Shown here in pieces: positions 1-10,946 of a DNA stretch of 64,000 nucleotides. How positions within the stretch are numbered: position 1 is the stretch's first letter; every line of letters starts with the position of its first letter. Under the pieces are notes generated by a model. It did not search any database. It was not told the origin of the DNA and worked only from the letters and a program-made list of their open reading frames with translations. A program made the translations under genes and the position numbers. This stretch comes from Microbotryum violaceum (taxonomy: Eukaryota), in the NCBI GenBank assembly GCA_001244265.2, contig CDLV01000005.1, positions 620,001 to 684,000 of the forward strand, read 5' to 3'.

Positions 1-1318
1 GGTCGGGAAGAAGGGGACGAATGGAAGTCTAGTCTTGCCTGTGCCGGAACCCATCGTCGACGACGCGTTGAGGGACCAGGCTTTTCAGGCCGAGCAGGCT
101 GCCGAACGCTTGTTGGAGTTGGCGGATGAGGATGAACCGCAGAGTCAGGGAGAACGTGCGCCCCCCATGGACGACAAGAAGACTCCTCATGTGCCTCGGC
201 AAGTCGATGTGTTTGCTGATAGTCCGGATTTGAGGAATGGGGATGGAGCGGTGGCGAGTGCGACGAATGGGCTCAGGAATTGGTGGATGAAGAAGGTCGA
301 TCGTGAGCCATGGGTGTCAGCGAGATCTATCTAGAACGTTGTCGACTCACTTTTTTTTTCTACTTGACGCACAGAGCCAGCACCGCCCAAAGCAACTTCC
401 ACGCCGGCCGACACACCGCAAAAGATCCAGGAGATCGACTCGCTGATCTCGAGTTTCACATCTGACCAAGCATCGACGTCAGACCTGCTCAAACTCGTTG
501 AGGTATCCAAGGAGCGTCCCATCGTCGAGACGGATTCGAGTGGTGACTCGCCCTTTTCTTCCCCGTCCCATCGACCGTCTCCTTCAACAACAACATCGTC
601 GAGCACGTTTTGGACGACTCGCTTCACCCTGATGTGGGAGGCCCTAACATTCCAGCTTTCGCGACCTCCAACGTCTGAACAAGCTACAACAACAAAGGAG
701 GTGCTGCTGGTCTTGTTCAAATCACTTGTCGAACACCAACTCGTTTCCTTTGCCGGATCCGAACAAGACGTCTTTTCGACCTTGCTCCACGTACGATCGA
801 GTGATCCGACGCGGTCAACGATCGGTGCGATCGAAGGAATCGCCTCTTGCTTCTGCACGACGAGCGAGCCTCTCTTCTCTCTCTCGTCCCTCAACCAGGC
901 GATGAAACACTTCCTTTCCTCATCTTCGACGCACAACACCGCACTGGACAAATCCCTTGGCTTCTCCCTCGGTCTTCGATGCTTGGGAACGCTCTTCGAA
1001 CGCCTTCCCCCAGAAGTCCTTGACGACGTTGTACCCGCGTCCCTGCCCTTAATCAAGAAGGCATTGGAGGATCCTTCGGGGGAAGTTAGGAGGTCGAGCA
1101 TCAATGCCTTGACAAGCGTATACAAGGTCTATCGCGATGAGAATCGGCTGTGGGACGTGATCGGGGACATGCCTCAGGATCGGAAGAATCTGTTGACGTA
1201 CTGTGAGTGTCGCGTGCTCACTACAAGAACACCGGGTTTTTCTGCTTCGAAGAGTGCCGAGACTGACGCTCCCCGAGGTTCATTGTGCGTAGACATTGCC
1301 AAACTCCCTCCGGCTTGA
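1..1318 (+). CDS. STU1: CLASP/Stu1-like microtubule-associated protein, 3' portion (C-terminal HEAT repeats); 5' partial
   Basis: Frames join across introns 303-374 and 1203-1292. HEAT-like C-terminus LGLRCLGTLFERLPPEVL...KKALEDPSGEVRRSSINAL...RKNLLTYYIAK resembles fungal Stu1/CLASP. TGA ends at 1318. Confidence 0.7.
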
Positions 1319-1637
1319 GATGTTCAGCCCATCCCTCGTCCTCTCGTAGCATTCAGTAGGATCCTTTAAGGTGATCACTTGCTGTCGATCTGTCACCTTG
1401 CAAAAAACGCATCCACATTGCAATAATAACCATATCAGAAGAGCACTGATGAAGATAGTTCGCGGAGTTCTCCGCCGAGCGCCAAGGCTTGCTCGTCGCC
1501 CTCGTCACAACTTCATGACTGATCCAATAGCAAAAAAAGCGCCGAATAAATAGTTTTTAATGTCGTCCACTTGGTCACCCTTGACCAGATACATATGACC
1601 AGAATTGTGACTTTAATTCCGAGAAAAGACCGACGGA

Positions 1638-4284
1638 TTACTCTCTCCACTTGAGGCCCATTGCCTGCGAGACGAATCCATACCGATCCACCGCTTCGAT
1701 GATCTTCTTGTCGGTCGATTTGCCCGCGCCGTGGCCCGATTTGGTATCGACTCGAAGGAGCAAAGGATTAGGATTGGTAGGGAGCGAGTGCTGAAGCTCA
1801 GCCGCGAGCTTGAAGGAATGCAAGGGAACGACACGGTCATCATGGTCCGCCGTGAGAAGCATTAGCGGCGGGTATGTCTTGGTCGCATCGACCGTGTGCA
1901 AAGGCGAGTACCTGTCGATTTGTCCAAGAAAGTGGCTTAGTCTTAGTAAGCAGACGCGCAGAGCATAGCCATTGCTCACTTGATCAGGTAGTCGAAATCC
2001 TCGGGGTCATCCGCGCATCCATAGTCGCTTGTCCAAGCCCGACCAATCGTGAAGCGGTGGAAGCGCAGCATGTCCAGCACGCCCACGTCGGCGACAGCGG
2101 CTCCGAACAGTTCCGGTGCTTGGTTGACACATGCCGCTACGAGCAGACCACCATTCGATCCGCCAGAGATAGCGACCTTGTCCTTGGCGACGTAGTTCTC
2201 TGAAATGAGGTACTTAGCCGCGTACTGGAAATCGTCAAAGACGTTTTGCTTTTGTTCCTTTGTGCCCGCGATATGCCAGTCCTCGCCGTATTCTCCACCG
2301 CCACGAATATTGGCCACGGCCAAGACACCGCCATAGTGCGAGATCCACGTGAGCAGGGAGGGAGAGAAGAAGGGGCCCAACGAGATGGAGAATCCGCCAT
2401 AGCCGTCTATTCAGAACACCCGAGGTCAGCAAAACCGGGCGGATGCGGAGAGCTTGGCGGAGAGCTCACAGAGAATGGCGGGAGCTGTGCCGTCCTGCTT
2501 GACATCAGCGGGGCGAGTCACAAACATCGGGATTTTGGTCCCGTCCTTGGATTTGTAGAACACTGCAGTACACCCAACGGGGTCAGCACTGGAATAAACT
2601 ACGGTACATCGGTCTCTGGGGTTACCTTGCTCTGAGATGAAATCATCGGGGTTGATTCCCTTGACGGTAGCGGCACGGTAGACGCTTTGTTCCTCGCCCT
2701 CCTTGGCATCAAGCTCATAGCGATACACTGTGCCAGGGCTGGTGAACGACGTCATCGAGAACCAGAACTCGCGATCCTCTCTTCGACCGGTGATTTGGTC
2801 GATCGAGCCAATTAGTCCTTCGCCTATGCGTTTGACTTTGGTGCCGGCTTTGAGTTCGTGCAACCACAACTCGTCCTTGACGTCGATCGAATAGAGCAGC
2901 AATAGCTTGTCTTCCGCCACAATTTGGGCGTTCGAAAGAAGCGCATTTTGGCGGTGCGAGATCAGGTTTTTGAAGCCTTGTTCCGGCTTCTCCAGATCGT
3001 ACGTCACGATCTTGTAGTTCGGGGAGTCGCCGGCGTTGGTGTAAAAATAGAACAACGAGCCGTCGTTGCCAAGATCGGTCCAGTATGTGCCCCATTCATT
3101 GATGACCTTGTTCCACTTCATACTAGACCCAATCTCGGATTCTTGCAAATCCGCAACCCAGAGCAGGTTGGATCGAGCTGTATCCTTGGAGGCACTGAGC
3201 ACAACGTAGCGACCGTCATCGGTGTTGCCCGCGCTGAACATCCATTCGGGGTGCTCATCATCCTTGTGCACCAGCACATCATGTTCCTGAGTGGTGCCGA
3301 CGCGGTGGTAGTATAGCATCGCGTTCAGGTCCTTGTCCGTCTCAGTCCCTGCTTTGTCGTCAGTGTCCTTGCCATGCTCTGATCGGGCGGGCAATCGCTG
3401 GTAGAAGAAGCCCTTGGAGTCATGGGTCCAACCGATTGAGGAGAACTTGAGGTAGCGCAGAATGTCGGTCTCCAGACGCCCTTGGTCGGTGCCGACGGGC
3501 TGGTTGGGTGAGTGGGGAGCCGAGGTCGGGCGAACGTAGCACGTCGTCCAATCGGATCCGGAACGGGACAGGGCGTAGGCCCAGTACTTGCCATCGTCCG
3601 AGAAGGAAGAGGTTGCCTTGGAAACGGAGCCATCTTCGCTCAGCAGGGAAACCTACAAGATACGATGTGGCGAGTCAGCCTAGCAGCTTCTTTGAAACGG
3701 TTCGGAGCCCGCAGCAGCAGTGCCCACATCGAAAAAGAGCTCGCCTCCGGGCTTGCCTTCCTCGATGGGCTTGCTGGCATCGGCCTTGGAGAAGCGGTAC
3801 ACGCTCGCTTGCGGTTGAAGGCCTTGATTGTAGGAGAAATAGTAATTTCCGTCGCCTTTGAGGGCGGGGCATGAGACTATCCGGGGTGAGTGGGGAAAGC
3901 CGATCGGCAGATCAAGGGGGACGTATTAGCTGACGAGCGCACCCACGGACGACGATCGCATGCGCAACCCCAATAGGAGAAAGGGGGAGAGGAGCACGTA
4001 CACTTTGGATAGTCCCAGTTGGTGGTCAGCGCCTTGTTGAACTTGTCGGCATCCTCAAAGTTGGCGAGGTACTGCGACGCAAACTCGCCCTGCGCCTTAA
4101 CGAAGGCGTTCGTCTCGTCGGAATCGGGATCGTGCAACCAATGGTATGGATCGGCAACTTTGACTTCCCCACGGGTTTTGGACTTGAACGTCTCGGTAAA
4201 GTCCTCGTCGCGACGAACGGGCGGGAACTTGCCCGGAACCCATGCGGTGGCGTTGGAAGGCGGAGTGGCTGTTGACGTGGACAT
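1638..4284 (-). CDS. Prolyl oligopeptidase (peptidase S9A), multi-exon
   Basis: N-terminal [13 protein letters not shown], beta-propeller region, and catalytic motifs GGSNGG (Ser), DHDDRV (Asp), SGHGAGK (His). ATG at 4284; an in-frame upstream ATG lies at 4431. Confidence 0.95.
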
Positions 4285-5214
4285 GGCGACCGCGTGTGGG
4301 GGTGGGAACGGCGAGGAGGAGCTGAAGACGCTGGGAAGAGGGAAGCAACTTCGCGGTACGAGGCGAGTCGAAACAGAGGAAAACACCAGGACCGGATAAG
4401 GCGATCTCAGAGACAGCCTTCTAAGGAACATGCACACTGTACGAGGTCAAGCCGTTCTCGATCGCTGAGGATGGGTAGAGGACGAGAGTGCCGACCTCGT
4501 GGACCCACCCGGAAGCACCGCACGGGCCGGTTGCCAAAGGCGACCAACGAGCGCGCCGAGCGAGTTGATAGGCGAGTGCGGTGTAAGTTTAACCGGCGCC
4601 CGTCTCCCCCTGCTTATACGCTGCCCCACTGCACCGGTTTCTTCACGGGGCCGTGTCGCGGAGGAACTCACCCCCGAGCCCAAATCAAAGCCGATTATCA
4701 TGCACTCACTATTCAGGGATCGATACAAACGTTGTCCGTATTACTTGGCCGACACGAGACGCTGGACCGGAGCGACCGTAATAGCGCCCGGCAGGATAAC
4801 ACAGACGCTCACAGCTGCTAATTAAATCTGGAATGCCTCGCTGAGACCACTAGGGCGTCGGCGATGGCACATTAGGACCATGCCAGTGTCAGCAGCTGAC
4901 ACATATTATTGGTACCCCGAAAGGCTCGCAGTTTATGCCACAGAGAACTTTGTCTGCACCGCCTTCCCCAGTTTGGCGCGATGTGCCCAAGATGCCGGGG
5001 TTTTTCGGTCAAACTTAAGCCTGCTTCACGTCGAGACGCTCGAGGAAAGGGGAGCAGGCAGGTCGTGACAGCTTGCTCACCACGAGTGCGGAAGGAGGTT
5101 CACTCACGTGGGCTATGTAAACTCCTCTCAAGCGACAGCGATTGAAGCCGCGTCGTCAGCATTGTCGCGGCGATGAAATGAAATCGAAAAGTGTGTCTAT
5201 GCATGAGAAAGGTA

Positions 5215-5380
5215 AATAAAACAAGAGTCGTTAAATAAAGGATCCTCTCCTTCCCTTTCCTTTTTTGTTTCATGTTCCCGTTCCTTTCCCTTTCCCAACA
5301 AGTTCATTCCAACTAGTTGGGAAAGGGAAAGGGAATGAACTAGTTGGGAACAAAGTGTTTAACTCGCTTTTGTTTTTATG
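5215..5380. repeat. AT-rich foldback / nested inverted repeat (MITE-like remnant)
   Basis: 5283-5299 is the perfect reverse complement of 5316-5332 (17 bp). 5292-5310 vs 5332-5350 match 18/19 inverted. Palindrome CCAACTAGTTGG at 5309-5320. Degenerate outer arms at ~5215-5237 and ~5356-5380. Confidence 0.7.
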
Positions 5381-5964
5381 ATTTTTGCAAAAAAGATAAA
5401 TAAAAGCGAAAAGGCCGGGGAGAGCTTCTACGATCTACATCTACTCAATAGACCGCACCATTGGTACAAAAGGACGTGAAAGTCGCCACGGCTTTGCCGT
5501 CTTCTTGAAGACGCCCGAAGTCGGCTTTCAACTCTTTCCTCAATGTACCCTCGAAATACGTGAGCTGTCCACCGAGTCAGGAGATGACCTCGTCCAGAAA
5601 GATGTCAAAGCGTTGACCCGTTGCGAGCTTTTGGCCGCTGAAGGCACCAGTGTACAGGCTGCGATGTGACCTCATTTACAAACGGGGGTGTATAGGTGGA
5701 GCGAAAGACTACAAAACAAGGTAGATGCACGAAAGTCGAACTCTAAATCGAAGCGGATTAATATAACAAATGCCCAAGAATCGCCACCAAATGGACCCCT
5801 AGTACAGGCCCTCTGAGGGGGGCTCGGAGGAAGCGACAGGGGACAGGCAGAGGTCAAAGTGAATGATGGTGGTACTAAATAAACGAAAGGGGCCCCAGAA
5901 GCAGGATGATGATAGTGCAGGAAGAAGGTAAAGAGCTTGGGTCCTAACCGCAGAACGACACTCT

Positions 5965-7985
5965 CTACTGTGCTTTGTAGTACCTGTTTTGTATGAGCAC
6001 AGTGAGTAAGATATTAGTTGATTGCTTTCAGGTGTTTTGGTCCCTCGGAAGGATCAGAAAACGTACAACATGCCAACGGTCGCGATTCTGCAGGACAGGC
6101 AACAGTAGTCGACAGCGTCAGTGTATGCATTCGAGGGCGGCAGCGTCGAGTTCCGAGGTGAAACTCACGTATAGCCAACGGCCTGTAGAGACGTCAGGTT
6201 GTCGCCGAGCAACAAGGCACTCCCTCCGACCATGATGACGTCTTTGACGACCTTGGACAGACTGAGCACCATCGAACTGATGCCGATGAGGTAGATCGCA
6301 CTGAGGTTGAGCGCCATCGTCAACGACGCATTGGAGAAGATGATCCAGAACCCGAGCTTAGGGATCGCAGCGAGTGCGGTGAACCCCTCGACGGGGAGGA
6401 TGAGAGATACGTTGATGGCGAGACAGATGGGCGCGAACAGGTAGAGCGATTTTAATGGCGACATGTCCTTGCCCGCGAGGAGGATCTGGATCAAGGTCAC
6501 TCGAGTCGCTTCGATCGCAATCGCAGTCATCTAGTGGGGGATGGGGCACGTCAGATTGAACACATTATCGTTGACAGTCGTTCCTAAGGAGAGTGAAACG
6601 AACCTGAATCATAAATCCTGTCATGTTGAACGATGTTTCGCCGTACGAAGCGATGCCGACACCGAGCGAGATGACGATGACGATCAGGAGCAACTTGACG
6701 GAGAACGTTTTGGTCCCGAACGCGAAAGCAGCGAGCAAGATCGCGACGGGCGAGACGGCTTTAAGCATATGGATGAAAGCGGTGGTGAGGTAGAGGTAGG
6801 CCCAGTTGGAGAGCACGAGCGAGAGAGAGAACATGACGGCGGGCGGGATGCTGTCGAGGTCGATGCGCCACACCACGAGTGAGCATACCCACGTAGTAAC
6901 CAAAGTTTTGAAATCGGACCGCTTGTTTTCAGCAACTCACATCAACCTTTTGTATTCACCCCACGGAACAAATACTGCCGAGTCTTTGGCGGTCTGCAGC
7001 TGACGCGCATCGGGAGCCGACGTCGTCGCGTAGGCCGCAGATGTTTCCGATTTGCTGCCTGTCTCGAGCTCGTCCATGCTGACAGTGGCGTAGTCCGGTG
7101 TTCGTACTCCGGCGATCAGGTTGGTGTACTTGTGCAACAACCTTGTCGCTGAATCGATCGAGGGCACAGTCTATTGGTCAGCCAGAAATACGAAATCGAA
7201 GCCACGGCCAGGGTGAACTAACCGATGGTTTGGTAGAGCAGATGGATCGAGGTGAGGGTGATGGGATACTTGAACTGTTTTGAACCCATCATGATCTCGC
7301 GGCTGACCAAAAGTTGAGGGTTTTACGGGGTCAACAAGCGAGGACATTTCCTGGGCGCTCGGCGTCGGCCGGGACCCGAAAATAGTGCCGAGCCGCAATG
7401 GTGGCCTCGGCCGACGTGGCCTAATAGGACAAGACGGATTAAGACCACGCGTCGCGACCGCCAATTTGTTGACTTACTTGTACAGGATGACCTGGCAGCC
7501 CAAAGGGTCGACGCGTCGAGAGCATCAGTATTTGCAAAGACCGTGATACCACACCACATTTCGCGTCGTGTCGCAGCACTCACTGCAGTCGAGAGACAGA
7601 TCCAGCCCCCAACAATGAGCCATGCCGGAACCGACCTAGGCGATGGACTCGGACGGTTTGCACTCGTACTCGCGCTAGGACTTGCCGCATGGGCGTTGAT
7701 GTTGGCGTTCGGACTCGGGTTTCCGTTCCCATTCGCACCGGGGATATCGTAGAACTCCTTGTCACTTCCGAGCAGAGGCGAGTCGCCGTTGACGGATCTC
7801 ATCCTGACGTGCCCGACGCCGTGCTCCTGGTCCATCGCAACCGAAGGCGGCGGTACGGCCTGCGCCACGACCGGCTGCTGCAGCATCCCGGACGGCGACG
7901 ACGACAGCGAAGGCGATACCGATCCAGACGAGATACTATCGCTGCGACGGGAACCCTGGGACGATGTGTTGGCCACGGTCGACAT
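5965..7985 (-). CDS. Triose-phosphate transporter (TPT/DMT) family nucleotide-sugar transporter, multi-exon
   Basis: Spliced segments WICLSTAVILYNREIM..FKYPITLTSIHL, FSLSLVLSNWAYLYLTTAFIHMLKA, EATRVTLIQILL, MSPLKSLYLFAP, LSLSKVVKDVIMV. Final exons give ...GMLYYKAQ-TAG at 5965. Confidence 0.85.
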
Positions 7986-8458
7986 GGTTTCCTGTATCTT
8001 GCGGCGATAGGGATGCGACCCGAGTGTGAGAAGCGCGGCGGCCTCTCATTCGGAAGCTCCAGGCGCGCATGCAGCAGCAGCTAGCAGCTAGCAGCAGCAG
8101 GCAGCAGCGCGTGCGCGAGGTGCGACCTAGTGCGACGCCGCCTTCAGCTTGTCGATCTGCCTTGGCCATGTGTGTCTGTGCTGCCTGAACTTCAATTCGA
8201 GCGCCTTCTTCAGGCGCAGGCTTAGTATCAGCTGTTCTGACCAGCGAATTTCGAAAGCACGATTACGGCGATCGACAGAGTCGGTTTCTCCCCGAGGCGA
8301 TCTCCGAGTCACTGCACCAACTTTGTACTACTCAGTGGCCTACAATCAGCCATGCAAATAGTAAGGGGAGTAAATAGCATACTTAATTAATGAACTTTGA
8401 CGAGATCGGCCAGGGCAGAGCGAGGTGCGAGGATTGAATGGCAAACACATCTTTCTCC

Positions 8459-10946
8459 TTTTTTTTTCCCGATGGTCGACACCTTCAGGGCCTGACGGGT
8501 CGATATCGTAGGCGAGACGGGGATGAAGCAGTATGAAGGACTGTAATTGAGACCGGACAGATGCTTGGTCCCTCCTGCTGAATTTATTTGATAGACTTCA
8601 TTAACAGCATAATTATATTAATACCTAGAAATCTTCGGAAAAGTCGGAGGGAATGCTGTTACGCACACTGGCAGAAGCCAGTAGTGTAGGACTCATTGAC
8701 CCTGAACCAGGATCAACCATACCCACTAAAACCCCCTTTGGTGTCTTACAGAGACACTAGGCGACCCTTGGACTCCTGGATAGAGGCTCGAAGCCCCTCG
8801 AACTCCGTTTCGGTGATCGGTTCCAAAAGATCCGACGAGAATCGACGACGGCGACAGAGCTTCCAGATCGAGTGAAAGAAGAGGACTCGTAGTTCGACAA
8901 GTCGACGTTCCGAGCGAGACACGACCGGGCATACAAAGTCCACAAAGACCGTGACTGGGTGGGGGTCGGGGACAGAGCAGACCAGAGACGCCGGGCAAAT
9001 GGGCAGCCGACAGCGAGGTGAACCAGGCACTCGGGTGCTTCCGAGAGGCACATCACACAGGAGGTAGATCGATTGTTGGGATGTGGGCTGGTTGGGGAGG
9101 CGACTTGGCTTCCCGGATGGAGGGACCCCAGGGAGAGAAGGTGGCCGGTATCCTCGGCGTCCGAGTGAACCCGGCGAACCTTGCGCAAAGCCTTCCACCA
9201 AGCGTTCCAGCGTTGCTCAGGCAGATCGAATACCTTCTGGTGTCCCTTGGGGAAGATAGGGGGGAAGATGAAGACTTGGTGGCGTTTGGACGCGTTCACA
9301 AACGAAGACGGGGTCATCACCTCGCCATCGGGCCCTCGAAAAAGCGTCGGGTTTACCCAGAGTTGTATTCCGTGGCCCGCTGGGAAATAGAGTACGTGCG
9401 TCGCCCATTGCTCGAGGTTCTGGCTCTTGGAGAGTTCCGGGGGATTGAGCGTGGTCACCAACGCCCAGGCTTCGAAGTATCGGACCCAACGAGCAGGAAG
9501 AAGTTTTGTCGTTTTTCTCACCGCATGGTCCCACTTTGGGGGAGGATGGCAAAAGTAAACCCACCAGATCCAAATCCAAGGGCAACGATGCTGGTTGGGG
9601 GCCGGTCTGGACAAGGTGAAAGGGGTTGGTTCGTTTGGTGCCTGGAGGCGGATGCGGATGTCGAAGAGGTGGCGTGTGAAGCAGCCGTCCGGGGCCCGGA
9701 GCTGGAAGACCCACTTTGCGTGATCGATTGCTAGACGCCGAGGCAGATCAATCAAACCGAAGCCGCCGTGATCCAGAGGGGTGCAGAGGCGCGACCGGGA
9801 GACCTTCGGACGTCGCTGAGTACCATCCGAAGCTCGACCGTGAATGGCGAGCATGGCGGCCTCCTCGATCTCCTTGACAACGCTCTTGGGGCGGAAAGGA
9901 ATCGGCTGTAGTACAAGATCTTTGTGTAGCAGTAGATGTTGATGATCGAACACTTGGCTGCATATGGGAGATCGTACATCGGAATCGAGCGTATCCGAGC
10001 AATGGTCAAGGCCTTGACATCTTCCCAGCCCGCATCCTCGGCGATCTCCACCCCGACCTGAATACCAAGGTAGCGAAACTGCGAATCGCTGAGACGCCAG
10101 GTCCCGAGATCTGGGGCGATCGACCGATCCCGAAAAGCTCCAAGGGGGTAGAGGAAAGATTTGACGTTGCTGAGCTTGCTGGCACTTGCCCGTTCGTAAA
10201 GCTCGATCGCCCGATTGAGGTGGTCGAGGTCTGAGAGGTTGTGGAGTGCGCAGCAAGCGTCGTCGGCAAAAAGGAGTTCGCGAACGTTTTGGAGGCCCGC
10301 AATATCGATGCCCTTGACTCTCAATCGAATCTGACAGGCAAAACCTTCGATCGCCAGGACGAAGAGAGACGGAGCCAAAGGATCACCTTGCCGAACGCCC
10401 GACAGGATGTCAAAAGTGGCAGAGAGCCAACCGTTGAGGAAGATCGAGGCAGATTGGTTGGTGTAGGTCGCTCGGTACCATTGGCGGGCTTTGGGGCCGA
10501 GGCCAACGGCGCAGAGGACTGCATCAAGGTACGGGTGGGAAAGACGATCGTAAGACTTTTCAAAGTCCATCACCGCTAGCATGCCAGACACGGGTGTTGA
10601 GCCCGGAAGTCCAGGGTCCATGAGACATCGGACCTCAGCGATGTTCGTGCCGATCCAACGGTTCGGAACAAAGCCACGTTGGGTTGGGCCGATCAGGGAC
10701 TCGAGCAAGGGAGCGAGGCGCTGGTTGTGGGCTTGCGAGATGATGCGCTCGTCCGCATTGATGAGCGATATGGGGCGTTTGTTCGAAAGCTGATCCCTCT
10801 CGCCGCGTTTGTGGATGAGATGGATGTGGGCGGTGTTGCGGGGAAGAGGTCCAGGCCGACGGGCCTCGGTGGGGATCGAGTTGATGACGTCTCGAAGAAT
10901 CGGGCCAGTGGCCGGCCACGTAGCGCGATAAAACTCAACCGGGATG
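8459..10946 (-). mobile_element. 5'-truncated non-LTR retrotransposon (L1/Tx1-like LINE), RT plus C-terminal CCHC zinc finger, frameshifted
   Basis: RT motifs IPVEFY, KRPISLINADERII, QRGFVPNR, DFEKSYDRL, GVRQGDPLAPSLF, LFADD, YLG. GGFGLIDL and CVMC..HLAVGC follow. Frameshifts near 9890 and 8955. An A9 run on the minus strand at 8459-8467 is the candidate tail; the 3' boundary is uncertain. Confidence 0.92.

Noticed and set aside
5400-5669. ~90-codon open frame (STIYIYSIDRTIGTKGRE...) next to the foldback element
   Set aside because: No start codon, clear splice acceptor or recognisable homology; possibly a gene remnant but unsupported.
1638-5965. Prolyl oligopeptidase as a POPB-type peptide macrocyclase with a nearby RiPP precursor
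   Set aside because: No MSDIN-like or repeat-core precursor ORF is visible nearby, and the neighbours are housekeeping genes.
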